From the NCBI GenBank assembly GCA_964016885.1, contig OZ024748.1:5518001-5582000 (forward strand): a DNA stretch of 64,000 nt. Direction: 5' to 3'. Of this stretch, positions 44,914-58,039 are shown in pieces (position 1 is the stretch's first letter; every line of letters begins with the position of its first letter). This DNA comes from Eledone cirrhosa. Lineage: Eukaryota. A program made the translations under genes and the position numbers. The notes under the pieces were generated by a model. It was not told where the DNA came from and did not search any database. It was given only the letters and a program-made list of their open reading frames with translations.

Positions 44914-45447
44914 TGAGATAGATTGCAAGTAAGTGTGTGTGTGCGTGTGTACGAGTAAGATAGAAATTCAGATGACGAGAGAGCAAGAGAGACAGGAAAG
45001 AAAGACAAAAAGAAAGAAAAAAGAATGAAGGAGGGTAGTTGGTAGGGGCGAGCTTGGGGGATGGGTGCACGAGGGTGTGGGTGGAAGAAGCCTGACGGCG
45101 TCCCTTTGATGTGAGACCCTTTTACACTGGAGATTTTTCATAGCCGTCGCTGCTTTTTTGATTTTATTATTCCCACCGTTCTAGGCTGGAGCTGCTGAAG
45201 CGTAGCGACTGCTCGTCAACGGGTCATTTACATGACACTAGATGTGGGAGTTGGTTGAGGTTGGGTGCTGCTGGCAAACGGTGAATGGGTGAGGGATAGC
45301 GTTTGTGTGTGTGTGTGTGTGTGATGATGGGGAGGGGGAAGGAATTGTGGACGGGGAACTGGAGGAAACTGAGAAAGTGAAAGTGATCAAGAGAGAACGA
45401 AAAAAGAGAAAAGGAGAGCAAGATAAAGAGCAAGGACGACACACACC

Positions 45448-45485
<38 letters not shown>

Positions 45486-45671
45486 CATACATATATATAT
45501 ATACATGTGTGTATATACAGTTCTAAGCATATATATGCATATGTGTACATATATACATATATGCACACACACATGAATATATATCTATATCTATATATAT
45601 ATAAGGGCAAAACAGGCACATGTATGCATATATATATAAATATATATATATATACATATATATACACACAT

Positions 45672-45744
<73 letters not shown>

Positions 45745-45749
45745 CATAC

Positions 45750-45800
<51 letters not shown>

Positions 45801-45849
45801 TATGTATATATATATATGTTTATATATATACATATATACATATACATAC

Positions 45850-45931
<82 letters not shown>

Positions 45932-46039
45932 ATACACACATGATAAAAAATGATAATAGCATTCAATTTAAGCTTAGTTACAGAAGACTGGCGTGAAGCA
46001 AGCAAGATCTGCAGATTTCCTAAGTTCCAAAGGTGGTAC

Positions 46040-46149
<110 letters not shown>

Positions 46150-46345
46150 ATGTATAAGTGTTTATGTGTTTGTGGGTTCACATGTGTGGAGGGATATGTG
46201 TATGCAACGTTTGCTAGACCTTTGTGTTGATATATGCGAGTGAGTTTATATGATTTGATAGTTTAATAGTCTTGTATGATTTTTATAGTGTATGTATAGT
46301 GCACAGAGTCAGTGTATTTGCGTGCAACACAAATGTGTGTGTGTG

Positions 46346-46376
<31 letters not shown>

Positions 46377-47225
46377 TTATTCGCAGATTACTTGCCTATG
46401 TGCATATGTATGAATATATAGGTTTATTTGTATATAATGGTACATGCGTGTGTATATGTGTATACGTTTGTTGCTCTAGAGTGTATGTGTTTTTGTTTGG
46501 TTGTGTGTTTGTGTATGACTTTGTTGCAGAAAATGCTTTTTTTGCGTAACATATGGTATCTGCGTTGCTTCTAAAATGTTCTGTTTTTATTGGTACCCTC
46601 GTGAGTATGATATTTTATTGTGTATATATTATATGCAGTATACGTACCCCGTTTTTATGTATGTGTGTATGTGTGTGTGTATGTACGTATATTCGTGTGT
46701 ATGATCCTGTTGTTTTATGGTTCTCACCACCAAGGCCGTTGTGGAGCACTCACCTCATATATGTTAAAAGATTTGATTTATGTTTGTATATACGTCATAA
46801 GTATTTTGCCCGTATATCTTGTTTGTGAAGAACGTTGAATTGAAATCATTCTGTTGTTCTTCACTATGAATTGAAATAATTTGAAAACTCCCATCATGAA
46901 AAATTACTGAAACTTAAGGAAAACACCATCAAAGTTTTGGAGAATTTCTTACTACTAAGACTAATTGTTATCACCAAATCGAATTTTCCAGGTATACGAC
47001 GACAGTAGATCAATTCAATCCAGCTATATATCAACCACAACATATTCTTTCTCTACATTGACGTGTCACAATGTTACACCAAATGAAGTAAGTCTATACC
47101 AACAAAATATCGGAGTAGAACTGCATTTGTGAATGGTGGTACTACTACTGTTCTTCTTAACATCCTTCCTTACTAAATAACAAAGTAGTGACCTACTTTA
47201 TTATTTAGTAAGGATGTTAAGATGT

Positions 47226-47366
47226 TAGACCTGTCAACTCTCCCCATTGTGAAAATGGGTTTAGCTTTCATTATGTAAAATCTCCATGTTGCCTAATTTC
47301 TCCCCGTTTTGGGGCACTTTTTTCCATGATACTCCCCGTTTGGGTTTTGAGAGGTTGGCAGGTCTG
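47226..47366. mobile_element. Small MITE-like element
   Basis: Terminal AGACCTGTCAACTCTC / GAGAGGTTGGCAGGTCT inverted repeats and internal CTCCCC repeats. No TSD seen. Confidence 0.55.
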
Positions 47367-47759
47367 CAATTTACATTGGTATCTTTCAGTATCAAGCATA
47401 CTGGCTAATTAGACTTTGCCAGGATGTGATGTCAAACCACAACGAGTCGTAACAATTACGACAATATTCTGTGCTCTTGTAAATATGATATGTCTTGAAA
47501 ATATAATTTGTCCAACAGGGAAGATTATTTAGCGTCAAACTTTCTAGTTTGTTTGCTCGCTAGATGAAGAAAGAGCCATCGTTATGTCATGGCTATAATA
47601 TCCCTTCGGAAATATCACCAATACAACACGAAATATCAAATATCATCTTTTACACACACAAACACACACACGCGCTATTCGAGGCGATATCAAAATACAT
47701 TTACCTAAGATGCTGTGTAGCAGGTTTGATCTTAGAATTTCATTATTACTAGGCGACAT

Positions 47760-48142
47760 AAGGACGGTGGATTAGAAGAATCAGTAGAGCGTCGAACAAC
47801 ACGCTTCGCAGCATAGAGTTACGGCCCTTTACATTCTGACTTCAAATCCTGCCGAGGTTAGATTTGCCTATTATCCTTACGGGGTCAATAAAATAACGCA
47901 CCAGTAATGCACTGGGGTCGATTTAATCGACTTTCCTCATCCCTTCAAATTGCTGGCCCTGCTCAGTATCGGTAGAGGGTCGGACGCCATGCTTTGCAGC
48001 ATAGAGTTACGGCCCTTACCATTCTGAGTTCAAATCCCACCGAGGTTAACTTTGCCTATCATCCTTACGGGGTCGATAAAATAAAGTACCAGTAATACAC
48101 TGGGTAATTGCTGGCCTTGTGCCAAAAGTAGAAACAATTATT
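47760..48142 (+). mobile_element. Two tandem SINE family A copies
   Basis: GCAGCATAGAGTTACGGCCC...TTCAAATCC..CCGAGGTTA...ATCCTTACGGGGTC occurs twice head-to-tail, with the junction near 47962. Confidence 0.85.
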
Positions 48143-48339
48143 ACTAAGCGAGCTGTTTTCTGCGTTCTCTGTCACAACGTCGCTTGCCAAAGACCAGATA
48201 TACATACTTGTACAAGTGTATTTGTGTATCTGCTTATATGTGTGTGTGACAGCTCACATCTATACAGGTTTCACTGGATTCCTCCAAGGTATATCTGGTT
48301 GGAGGTGTCTTGGGTAGTTTAATGACAGGCACCCCAGTC

Positions 48340-48490
48340 CTAACATCTCATTTCTACAGCTGATAAACTGGAGCAACGGGAAATAAAGTGTCTTGCTCAA
48401 GGAAACAACACATCACCCGGTCTGAGAATTGAACTCACAACCTTTCGATTGCAAGCTCAATGTTCTAACCACTAATCCATGTGCCTTCAC
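48340..48490 (-). mobile_element. tRNA-derived SINE (family B) head
   Basis: Minus strand: GTGAAGGCACATGGATTAGTGGTTAGAAC (A box) ... GAGTTCAATTCTC (B box) ... TTCCTTGAGCAAGACACTTTATTTC. Confidence 0.75.
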
Positions 48491-48534
48491 AACTCGTGCT
48501 TATCTGCTTATCTGCTTATCTCCATGTGTTCTTA

Positions 48535-48806
48535 TTGGTCGGTACAACGAGACGGATTGCTCGTGAAATTAACGTGCAAGAGGCTGAGTATTCCACAGAC
48601 ACGTGCATTCTTAACACAGTTCTCTGACATTGTGTAACAAGGCTTGCCCTTTGAATTACAGGTACAACTCATTTTTGTTAGTTGAGTAGGCTAGAGTGAC
48701 CTGATCAAAATTGTCTTGCCGAAGGATACAATGCTAGGTAGAGAATTGAAACAACGACTATATTATAATAGCCGAATACCCGAACTACTGAGCCAAGTGC
48801 CTACAC
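48535..48806 (-). mobile_element. Diverged SINE family B copy
   Basis: Minus-strand head GTGTAGGCACTTGGCTCAGTAGTTCGGG, GTTTCAATTCTC and TCCTTCGGCAAGACA parallels 48340-48490. Confidence 0.7.
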
Positions 48807-48809
48807 TTA

Positions 48810-49324
48810 TCTATATATATATAAAACTGAGGATGTCTGTCTGTGTGTTTGTGAGTTTGATTCCCTAAAACTAGAGAAACACCCAACCGACTGTTTTCAA
48901 ACTTTACACATGTAATACTTATGTTTCAGGGAGTGTTCTGAGCAAAATAAATTTCAAATTTTCAATGTCCTAGGGACCGCATTAGACGATTTAGCGATCT
49001 CTCTCTATAATTCTTAGTCTTTCTCTTTTTAGATAGATACATACATATAACGTCGCGCCCTTATAATATGTCCGTATGTCTGGCTGTCTGCTGCCTCCGG
49101 TTATTCTGCCACCCTTGCTCAAGACAAATCTCACACTCATTCATCAAACAGTTGGTAAGTGCACACAACTTCGTCCTCACGTTTTAAGCCACAGTGTTGC
49201 TTACTTACATACTACCAGACCCTTACTTCTTTGCCAGCCGTGGTTGTGGCAATACTAAGCTTAGCTAAGGCGGTTATAGATTTCACAATACCTTATCCCG
49301 TGCAACGCCAGGTACCACGGCTAG
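48810..49324 (+). mobile_element. Non-autonomous Helitron
   Basis: Begins TCTATATATATATAAAACTG..GTCTGTCTGT after an A. Ends CCCGTGCAACGCCAGGTACCACGG-CTAG before a T (subterminal GC-rich hairpin remnant, A/T insertion site, no TSD). Confidence 0.75.
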
Positions 49325-50134
49325 TTTTCTATATATATATATCCATGTATGAATCTGTGTATCTTGAGTGTGCGTAGCTATGTTATAGCCACGAGGATAA
49401 TCTGTACTGCCAGTTCATTCTCTACAGAAGAACGAGATCCTAAATTAATAGCAAATACTTCTAAGAGCTTCCCCATTGCCACCAATTATATAATTTATTT
49501 TATTGTCGTGTTATTGGGTATCAGAGAGGACTTCCTGTTTAGCTTAGTGTCACGTATATTAATAGAGTGTGTATATCTAATAGTTGTTGTTGATATTTTA
49601 TTTTTGCCGATGCATAAAATAGCGTCTACTTAATCGTTAGCCTATCCACTATAACACTCTACATATATTAAAAAAAATATCAATGGACATTTTACCCGCA
49701 GAATTCTATTTAGCTGAAGAACTGTGCAATAATAGTAATTGTTTCAGACTTCCGCTTTAGAAAAATCATAATTGCTTTAGATTGGAGAGATAGGATTTTA
49801 AATATCCATTGTAAACATATTTATAGTACATATTAAAACAAGAATTTTAACTCAGATGTTAGGATTGTTAAAGAAAAAATGCACAAAACACAAATTGCAA
49901 GTAAATTTTAGAGTATTGGTGGTAGTTTTATTTGGCTATGTAGTTAACAAGTGCGATTCAATTACACGTGTTTCCCCGTTCTCTCCTACTTTTGAGTCAT
50001 TTACGCAACTGTTTTATGACTTAGTCTCTGGTCAGCTAATATATAGTGAACGTACGTTGCTAGATTTGAACTTAGAATAGCAAGATACATTACATATACC
50101 ACAATTCATTCCGTCTGCCGAATCTAACGATTCA

Positions 50135-50240
50135 ACCACTCTACTTTCTTAGACTGGTCATTTATATTCTTGACCCACTGGAAGGATTAACGACATAGTT
50201 CACCTCGGCAGGATTTGGAACCCAGATTGCAAGGAGTTGA
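50135..50240 (-). mobile_element. Old SINE family A-related fragment
   Basis: TTGACCC...GAAGGAT...AGTTCACCTCGGCAGGATTTGGAACCCAGA resembles 5840-5895. Confidence 0.55.
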
Positions 50241-51496
50241 AATAAACACCGTGATACTCGAAAAATACTCTGAAAACTTCAAATTCCTTTCCTCTAAACT
50301 GGTGGTATGTTCTCGGAGAAAATCACACACATCTTCTGTTAAAAACTCGGCATTTCTGTAAATGAGTCAATGAAAATAGTTTGATGACATCACTTTTATC
50401 TTGCGTAAGGACTTTTTTCTCCTTCATCTCATTTTCTTTCTGCTTCTTTTCCTTCTACGTCTCTTTCCTATTTATAAAGCTTATTGCTACTATTACTCCT
50501 ATAATGATTTTCAAATTTGTTTGTCAGCTGCATTGAAGCACGAAGTGCTTTATTTAATGAGCCCTTTGATGGTGCTTTCATCTATTTATAGGTGGAGTGC
50601 AGTCTCATTTTATGATAGAGGAGACTTTTGTTATTTCGAAATACTCGGAAATTACTCGCTTGTTGTTATTGGTATTTCCGGCTTTCCTACTTGAAATATA
50701 TATACTACGATACTATCTAACAATTTGATTAGTATAAATATTGTTAAATAAGATGCGATTGATTGTATTAATTTCTGAATGGAATAAATAGTAAAGAGTG
50801 TTTGGCTCTGGGAGCATATTTAAGTATTCTCTCAGAACGAATGATTTAATAACATATATTTATTTTATATCTAAGAGGACAATCGCTATAAGGCATTAAG
50901 CAAATTGCAATTGTTAAGTTAATAGGTTAAGTGGAAACGCTCGCGGCATATGTGATATTTGTTATAGCAATGAACAGCACACACTTATGTGTTGAAGGAG
51001 GTGGAGGCAGATACATACGTTGTTTAACTGCCGGATACGTTCAGTGAATTTAATTATCAGCTAGTAATATTGTTGTAGTTGTGATTGTCACTAACGGGAT
51101 GTGATATGTTGTGTTAGTGTGTTAATGCTGTGTTATGTTAGTGTATTAGTGGTGTGTCATAATAGTGATGTTATATATTCTAGAGGTGTGTTAATGCTGT
51201 GTTGACTCTAGTAGTTGGGAATGAGTGTTGTTACAGCGGTGTAATAGTATTGTGTTGTGTTGTAATTCTTGTGTTTGCGACAGACGTTATGTGTTGAAGT
51301 AGTGTTACAGAGTGTTAGTGTTGTGTTGTGAAGTATTATGATAAATGTGTCGGGGGTTATATGATGTGTTATAGTAATATGACAGTGATATATTGTGTTG
51401 TAGTGGTGTAACATATATATTATGTGTTATAGTTGTGAGTGATGTAGTATGTTAAATTAGTGTGTCAGTTGTGTGTTGGTTTGTGGTAGCTTGTAA

Positions 51497-52420
51497 GTGA
51501 TACAGTGTGGCAACGTTTTGTTTTGTTGTACTGTTGTAATATTATCAACACGATTATCACATATATGTGATATAGTGTGTCAACGTTGTGTTGTACTGTT
51601 GTAATATTATCAACACGATTATCACATATATGTGATATAGTGTGTCAACGTTGTGTTATACTGTTGTAATATTATCAACACATTATCACATATATGTGAT
51701 ATAGTGTGTCAACGTTGTGTTGTACTGTTGTAATATTATCAACACGATTATCACATATATGTGATATAGTGTGTCAACGTTGTGTTATACTGTTGTAATA
51801 TTATCAACACATTATCACATATATGTGATATAGTGTGTCAACGTTGTGTTGTACTGTTGTAATATTATCAACACATTATCACATATATGTGATATAGTGT
51901 GTCAACGTTGTGTTGTACTGTTGTAATATTATCAACACGATTATCACATATATGTGATATAGTGTGTCAACGTTGTGTTATACTGTTGTAATATTATCAA
52001 CACATTATCACATATATGTGATATAGTGTGTCAACGTTGTGTTGTACTGTTGTAATATTATCAACACATTATCACATATATGTGATATAGTGTGTCAACG
52101 TTGTGTTATACTGTTGTAATATTATCAACACATTATCACATATATGTGATATAGTGTGTCAACGTTGTGTTGTACTGTTGTAATATTATCAACACATTAT
52201 CACATATATGTGATATAGTGTGTCAACGTTGTGTTGTACTGTTGTAATATTATCAACACGATTATCACATATATGTGATATAGTGTGTCAACGTTGTGTT
52301 GTACTGTTGTAATATTATCAACACGATTATCACATATATGTGATATAGTGTGTCAACGTTGTGTTGTACTGTTGTAATATTATCAACACGATTATCACAT
52401 ATATAAGTGATATAGTGTGT
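51497..52420. repeat. 64/65-bp palindrome-rich minisatellite, about 14 copies
   Basis: Unit GTGATATAGTGTGTCAACGTTGTGTTRTACTGTTGTAATATTATCAACAC(G)ATTATCACATATAT. Period 65 (51581 to 51646). Confidence 0.95.
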
Positions 52421-53273
52421 GGAAATGCGCTGCTGTTGTGTTGAAGTAGTGCACCAGTTGTGTAGTTTAGCAAAGGGCAGATTTGGTCATTCCGGTTAGC
52501 AAACCGTAATGTGATAAGTTAAAGCACTCGACTTAATACGAATTATCTGTCGAAGACGTTGTGTAAAGACTTGAAGGGCAATAACCGTGAGTACTTTAGT
52601 TGACTTCAACAACAACAATAATAATAATGACTACATCAACAAGGAACTACAACAACAACAACAACAACAACAATAGCATTAATAATGGTAATGAAAATAA
52701 TAATAATTATTATTATTATAAAAAACTGCTAAAAGGCAACAATTTTACCAAATATATCATAAGTATTTTTATATTTATTTTGGTATTGCTTTACCAATTC
52801 TGATATATTATTTTAGTATATACTTTTATCCTTTTTTCTTTTTTGCGTGAACGATGAAATCATGAGGACGTGTGCCAACAAAAAGAAAAGAATTCTTTGT
52901 TTGACGTTAGGGGTTTGTTGGGTTTGCCTTAATTTCCTTCGTTTTAGGTTTGGTTTCCTTCTTTCATTTTATTCTTTATACTCTCTCTATATTTTTTTGA
53001 CATTTTGTATATTTTTGTTGCTGTTGGTGGAAGGAAGAAATATGAACTAAGAGAAGATACTAACTGATTGCTAGAAAGCAGGAGCGATCAAACGAGAAAC
53101 GATGCTCTCACTAACTCTCCACTCACCCGACCAAGTCTGTGAGGGAATTCATCATCCACCATGATCACATCAATCATAGAAGAAAACGAAATACTGAGAA
53201 AAAGAAAGAATGAAAGAGTGAAAGAAAATGAACAAAACCAAGAGACTCATGAAAAAAAACAGGGAGAGAGAGA

Positions 53274-53358
<85 letters not shown>

Positions 53359-53426
53359 AGAAAGCGAATGAGAGTGATTGAGAAAATATAAACATAAAGA
53401 AAATGAAACAATTATTATATATATGT

Positions 53427-53487
<61 letters not shown>

Positions 53488-53543
53488 TGTGTGTGTGTAT
53501 GTGTATATATATATATATATATATAAATATATATGTGTGTGTG

Positions 53544-53589
<46 letters not shown>

Positions 53590-53607
53590 AATATATATGT
53601 GTGTGTG

Positions 53608-53660
<53 letters not shown>

Positions 53661-53813
53661 AGAGGAGAGAAAATTGAAGTAACTAGAGGAAGGATAAAGA
53701 AGTCAGAAGAAAAGAGAGAGGGGGGAGGGATACAGAGAAAGGGGACAGGGAGAAATTGTGGAGGTGAGAGAATGGTGGGGTACAGTGTGTGAGAGAGACA
53801 GAGAGAGAGAGAG

Positions 53814-53850
<37 letters not shown>

Positions 53851-54182
53851 AGGAGAGATAGAGAGATGTGTATAGAGATTGGAAAATACAGAGCAAGTGA
53901 TCCGCTAAAAATGGTTTAGTCATGTGATCTGGGCTGTGGTTGGACGATCACCCAACCGTTTTACACACATCTGACTTTCTCAGATCTGATCAATCTCACA
54001 AGAGGGATTGAGAAATTAGCAAAAACTGTGTTGAGAAGACAAAAAGCAGTGCTGCTGCAGCTGCCACTACTACTGATAGTACTATTGGTCATGTTCAGTA
54101 GTAGTAGTGGTAGTAGTAATAGTAGTAGTAGTAATAGTTGTAGTAGTAGCGGCAAAAATATGGTTAGTAATATCCATAAGAA

Positions 54183-54217
<35 letters not shown>

Positions 54218-54823
54218 GTCAGGTCACCAGTTGGTGCTACTGGTAACATGTATCCCAGTACAACCTGTCCCATGGTCGGGTCGTTGGCGACTAAACTGGC
54301 AACCCCACCAAGGTTTCTTGGTGAGGAGGGTGACTTTGGACATCCTGCAGGACTAAAAACAAAACCTGTCAAAGGGCAAAGGAGCTCTTAAGAGTCAATG
54401 GCCATCCAAAATCACCGGGAGAGATGACCCCTTAGCCTTTGTCAAGGCAGAATTCTAGGAGAAGGAAAACTCTGATATAACACCTGCAACCCTGATGGTA
54501 TCCAATGATGTTGACTTGTTCTTCTTTTTGGTAAATATCATCTTGGTTAAGAGAGTGGGACTGGCTTTGTGCAGTGCCTTTGCTCACTATAAAAGCTTCA
54601 CGGCACAGGCATTGCTTTATATCTGGAGATCTCTCTGCACTTGTCGTCACATGGTACCATGGGCCCAGCACTATGTGTCAGTAATTGTCACAAGTGTAGT
54701 GTTTGTACCAGAGTTTTCAAGTCGCAGGCTGGACTAAAAAGTCACACTCGTTCAGCGCATCGGTAGGGGTTCTCCTACATGGATATAAAGTAGTGGCCGT
54801 ACTCGAAAACGAGTTGGCAGCCA

Positions 54824-54826
<3 letters not shown>
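54218..54826 (+). mobile_element. Putative non-autonomous RTE-related element / LINE 5' UTR remnant
   Basis: GC-richer 610-bp insert bounded by (TA)n on both sides. CTAGGAGAAGGAAAACTCTGA and GGCAACCCCACC resemble RTE 5' UTR motifs (recognition only). Confidence 0.4.
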
Positions 54827-54879
<53 letters not shown>

Positions 54880-54984
54880 ATAATAATAAAATTGAAGACT
54901 AAAATCCAAAGAGGGATCGATAAGGATAAATATATATCAAATATATAAGAACCGTAGAGCATATATATATATATATATATATAT

Positions 54985-55067
54985 AGTAAAAAAAATGAAC
55001 GGGAACAAAACAGAGAGGCAGTACGAACAAAGGTTTATTAGTTTCACGCTCTTGAGAGTGGGGTGGT

Positions 55068-55070
<3 letters not shown>
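54985..55070 (-). mobile_element. 3' terminal fragment of the pLTR-like family seen at 575-832
   Basis: Reverse complement CCACTCTCAAGAGCGTGAAACTAATAAACCTTTGTTCGTACTGCCTCTCTGTTTTGTTCCCGTTCA aligns by eye to 757-822. (TA)n on both sides. Confidence 0.75.
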
Positions 55071-55119
<49 letters not shown>

Positions 55120-55402
55120 TATATATTCGCAGATGGAGACTATACAAGCCTTCAAACTCCCGTGTGCATAGGTCATAAACAATCTATATATTATAATACA
55201 TTTATATCCTATACTGGTTGGTGTTTGAAATCTTATGTAACATACATTTTTGTTGAGAACTTTTTTATAAAATAAACTTCGTATTTGTACATTACAGAGA
55301 CATATCTTTTTTCTGATCCGATATATATCCTATACATATGTCCCAAGGCTCTGATACCATCAACACCATAAACACAGAGCTGGCATATCTAAGAACTGAC
55401 TA

Positions 55403-55458
55403 ACTGCCTGATGAGGTCGTAGCCATTCAATGGCTATCATCGAAATATATATAGCAGT
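55403..55458 (+). ncRNA. Intact type I hammerhead ribozyme
   Basis: ACTGC-CTGATGA-GGTCGTAGCCAT-TCA-ATGGCTATCATC-GAAA-TATATAT-A-GCAGT: 5-bp stem I, canonical core, long stem II, palindromic stem III. Predicted cleavage after 55453 (AUA). Confidence 0.82.
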
Positions 55459-55499
55459 AAATAAAGGATTATGAGTTCATGCAATTGACTTATGTTTCG

Positions 55500-55541
<42 letters not shown>

Positions 55542-55780
55542 TGTGTGTGTGTGTGTGGGTGTGTGGGTGTGTGTGTGGGTGTGTGGGTGTGTGTGTGGGT
55601 GTGTGGGTGTGTGTGTGGGTGTGTGGGTGTGTGGGTGTATATATATAGATAGTGCCGGACCGGACAATGCGTTGCATCTACGTTATTTCACGTTGCCCCA
55701 GTTCACTCCCCTTTAGAAATGAATTACGACATCATTAATGCCAGGTAGTATCTGACTTTGCCTACTCCTTGGACAACATT

Positions 55781-55900
55781 GAATGAAACAGTTCTAGTCT
55801 TGAAAAGGCGATTTCCATATTAAACTTGATGTTTACACACTACTAATGTATTGAGTACCTTACCAACAGTAGTTACCAGGATTGAACCAGTGACTCCTAT
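55781..55900 (+). mobile_element. Short pLTR-like repeat (family Q)
   Basis: GAATGAAACAGTTCTAGTC...ATGTATTGAGTACCTTAC shared with 19234-19310. Confidence 0.6.
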
Positions 55901-55978
55901 ATATATGAGTCACAGTATTTACATATATATATATATCTGTGTGTTTGTGTGTACAGCGAAATATATATATATATATAT

Positions 55979-56183
55979 ATAGGTAAAAGTATGACCCCGA
56001 CGGCAGAGATCAAGCCGTTTCGACAGCTATTTCTGGACTATTTCTGAGTCCAGAAATAGCCGTCGAAACGGCTTGAGCTCTGCCGTCGGGGTCATACTTT
56101 TTCCTATTTCCCACTCTACTACCCTAAGTATTGAGTACTCTGGTGCGTTATGGTCCACCTGGTTCCTTCCCACAATTCCTTTG

Positions 56184-56186
<3 letters not shown>
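55979..56186 (+). mobile_element. Short pLTR-like repeat (family P), copy 3, with inverted 5' arm
   Basis: 55979-56039 is an inverted copy of 56047-56106. Nearly identical to 43165-43375. Within (TA)n. Confidence 0.85.
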
Positions 56187-56236
<50 letters not shown>

Positions 56237-57310
56237 TCGATTTCATTAAAATCTCACAGTCCCAAGATAACAGCTATTTTCTATGTCCCATTTTTATCTC
56301 GCATTTTGTGGTGAGAATATTTTATCAGTGCGATCCTTTCTTCGTATATATGTGTCTAGAAGGCTGAGTGTGTGTGTGTGGTGTTGTTGTTGTTGTTGTT
56401 GTTTTTGTTGTTGTTGTTGTTGTTGTGGTTGTGGTTGTGTGTGTGTGTGTGTGTATACGTGCGTGTGTTACCCTGCTCTTGTTTTCATTAGTGTTGATGT
56501 CATTGTTGTTCCATTGGTGATTTTCATTGTGTTGGGTATAATTATTATTGACAATGTAAATACATACACACACCCACAGACACATATACACACACAGACC
56601 CACACACACAGCAACAGACACATATACACACACTGTCCCACACACACAGCAACAGACACATATACACACACTGTCCCACACACACAGCAACAGACACATA
56701 TACACACACAGTCCCACACACACAGCAACACACACACAGTCCCACACACAGAGTCATACACAGAGTCCCACTCACACAACCACATATACACAGAGTCACA
56801 TAGATATGGCCACAAACACTCACACACAGTCAGACACACAGCCACACACACACACACAGACATACACATACACATGTACACAACCACTCACTCACACACA
56901 CACAGTCCTCTCCACACAGACACACACACATAGTCCCACTCATACAACCACACACAGAGAGTCACACACAGTCCCATACACACAGCCACACACACAGAGT
57001 CACACACACACACGCATAGACACGGACACAGCCACTAACTTATACACACAGTCCCCTACACACACCCACATTGAAAGAGTCACACACAGACACACACATA
57101 CGTTTCCTGTTCAGTACTGGAGCCTTCTCATCATTGTTCCGTTTAGGAGGTTTTGTTTTGGTTATTTGGGAATTTCCTGTCTTTTTTATTATCGGTTTAT
57201 TTCTTGGATTTAAATTATATTTGAATTCCTCCATAAATTTAAAGAAATGCACACACACACACTCGCATAAACAGACAAATATATATATGTAGGTATGTAT
57301 GTGAGTGTGC

Positions 57311-57450
57311 CTTCTTCTTCTTCTTCTTCTTCTTCTTCTTCTTCTTCTTCTTCTTCTTCTTCTTCTTCTTCTTCTTCTTCTTCTTCTTCTTCTTCTTCTT
57401 CTTCTTCTTCTTCTTCTTCTTCTTCTTCTTCTTCTTCTTCTTCTTCTTCT
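57311..57450. repeat. (CTT)n microsatellite
   Basis: Directly visible. Confidence 0.97.
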
Positions 57451-57780
57451 ATTGTTGTTGTTATTATTATTATTCGTGTTGATATCGTTATTGTCATTCT
57501 ATTTTCGTCATTAATTTTTTTTCAGAGGAGGGAAAAAAAAAGAAATTCAGATTTTTTTTTTTTAAATAATAAATGAATAAATAAAATATATAAAATTAAA
57601 AAGTAAAAATTCAATAAATGAATTTATTAAATAAATAACTCGCCAAAAAATAAAATGAACGAAAAAAATGTTTGAATGCAATCAAATACAAAATAACTGA
57701 AATTACAGTAATTATAAAAAGATTCTTAGTTTTGCGGTCTATTGCTTGACACGGTGATTAAAAATTATGAAAAATATTAA

Positions 57781-57885
57781 CGGAGCGCTGGGTTGGAGAA
57801 ATTGTAGAGAGTGACGAACTAAAGTATGGCCTTACTATGTTTATTTAAGGATCTTTATGTCCTGAGTTCAAATCTCACCGATGTG
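57781..57885 (+). mobile_element. Old SINE head fragment
   Basis: CTGAGTTCAAATCTCACCGA (B box) preceded by a decayed A-box-like segment. Confidence 0.45.
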
Positions 57886-58039
57886 GGTGAATTTGTTGCT
57901 AAGGTTTAGACCCAGGTCAGTAAACTTATGTTTTCAAAGAGTTCTATTGTTAAGAATATTTGGGGGAATGCCAGTACAATGTGAATAGGAAATACAACGG
58001 GGGAATTAGAGTCAAGTAAACTGAGAAGGATAAAACAAT

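Noticed and set aside
51497-52420. CRISPR-like array
   Set aside because: Units are contiguous and near-identical, with no unique spacers and no cas genes, in a eukaryotic context.
54218-54345. Twister ribozyme (GTCCCA and GAGGG motifs)
   Set aside because: Could not place the UA cleavage loop, P2 and the pseudoknots consistently. Kept only as a generic structured candidate.
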